Source: an uncultured Actinomycetes bacterium (GTDB lineage Bacteria > Actinomycetota > Thermoleophilia > Gaiellales > Gaiellaceae). From it: DNA of 64,000 bases. A program made the translations under genes and the position numbers. The DNA lies in the NCBI GenBank assembly GCA_963736055.1, contig CAVTNM010000008.1, positions 1,012,599 to 1,076,598 on the forward strand. Direction: 5' to 3'. Below are positions 63,640 through 64,000 of this stretch, in pieces. Under the pieces are notes generated by a model. The model saw only the letters and a list, made by a program, of their open reading frames with translations, had not been told where the DNA came from and made no database searches. The first letter of the stretch is position 1. Each line of letters begins with the position of its first letter.

Positions 63640-64000
63640 GTGCGCACCCTGCGTTACGTCGTCGCGGACGTGTTCACCGACCGTCCGCTGGCCGGGAACC
63701 AGCTCGCCGTGTTCACCGACGCGCGGGAGGTTGCCGAGGACGAGATGCAGCTCCTTGCCCGCGAGTTCAACCTGTCCGAGACCGTGTTCGTGCTGCCGGC
63801 CGAGGCTGACGGGCACGCGAAGGTACGCATCTTCACCCCCGTCGCGGAGCTCCCGTTCGCGGGGCATCCGACGCTCGGGACGGCGTTCGTCCTCGCCGGG
63901 CCGATGCAGCTCCCGGAGATCCGGCTCGAGATGGGGATCGGGACGGTGGAGGTCACGCTGGAGCGGGACGGGAACCGGATCGTCTTCGGCTGGATGAAGC
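63640..64000 (+). CDS. PhzF-family isomerase-like protein, N-terminal part (3' end outside window)
   Basis: GTG 63640. VRTLRYVVADVFTDRPLAGNQLAVF...EMQLLAREFNLSETVFVLP...RIFTPVAELPFAGHPTLG. Open to the window end, so it is absent from the ORF track. Confidence 0.8.
   Translation, partial: MRTLRYVVADVFTDRPLAGNQLAVFTDAREVAEDEMQLLAREFNLSETVFVLPAEADGHAKVRIFTPVAELPFAGHPTLGTAFVLAGPMQLPEIRLEMGIGTVEVTLERDGNRIVFGWMK

Overview
Very GC-rich (roughly 70% by eye) chromosomal segment of actinobacterial type. Gene content and the many 4-nt ATGA/GTGA start-stop overlaps suggest Thermoleophilia or another high-GC Actinomycetota, but that taxon is a guess. I can support about 65 protein genes and one tRNA-Arg(CCU). 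I saw no rRNA, CRISPR array, transposase or integrase.

Gene content, left to right:
- ABC ATPase fragment and small membrane proteins.
- MacB/FtsX-type ABC exporter.
- 1150-aa cyclase-STAND-TPR-LuxR regulator, translationally coupled to a universal stress protein and an ABC1 kinase.
- MsrP-like molybdoenzyme, FNR-like reductase and DUF6510 trio.
- Lactonase-like propeller protein.
- Divergent pair: a membrane-tethered wHTH protein and a three-gene operon of secreted Q/N/T-rich repeat proteins.
- MauA-like, MauE-thioredoxin and membrane-propeller trio.
- Peptide-uptake and peptidase island (M14, DmpA-like, HDAC-like, M28, LD-carboxypeptidase, Dpp-type ABC, aminotransferase, saccharopine-dehydrogenase-like).
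- Seven-gene lipid-modification operon (FAD oxidoreductase, DUF1365, CFA synthase, PlsC-like, DUF1295, second CFA-like methyltransferase, aldo-keto reductase) facing a desaturase.
- Sigma-70 family factor preceded by a broken Pro/Thr-repeat secreted-protein gene and about 750 nt of hairpin-rich non-coding DNA.
- tRNA-Arg.
- HtrA-like protease divergent from an OmpR/HK pair with a recurring 11-bp-phased direct-repeat operator.
- ApbE and ferric-reductase-like operon, XdhC, DMT transporter, aminotransferase, ABC-2 exporter, SixA, citrate synthase, and a PhzF-like fragment.

Two window-wide observations:
- At least 16 otherwise well-conserved genes are interrupted by single-base indels, mostly +1 in G/C runs. 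Seven of these fall in the 4.5-kb lipid operon.
- Many long ORFs in the six-frame track are GC-driven shadow frames or read-through fusions created by those indels.

All family assignments come from motif recognition by eye. No database search was run.
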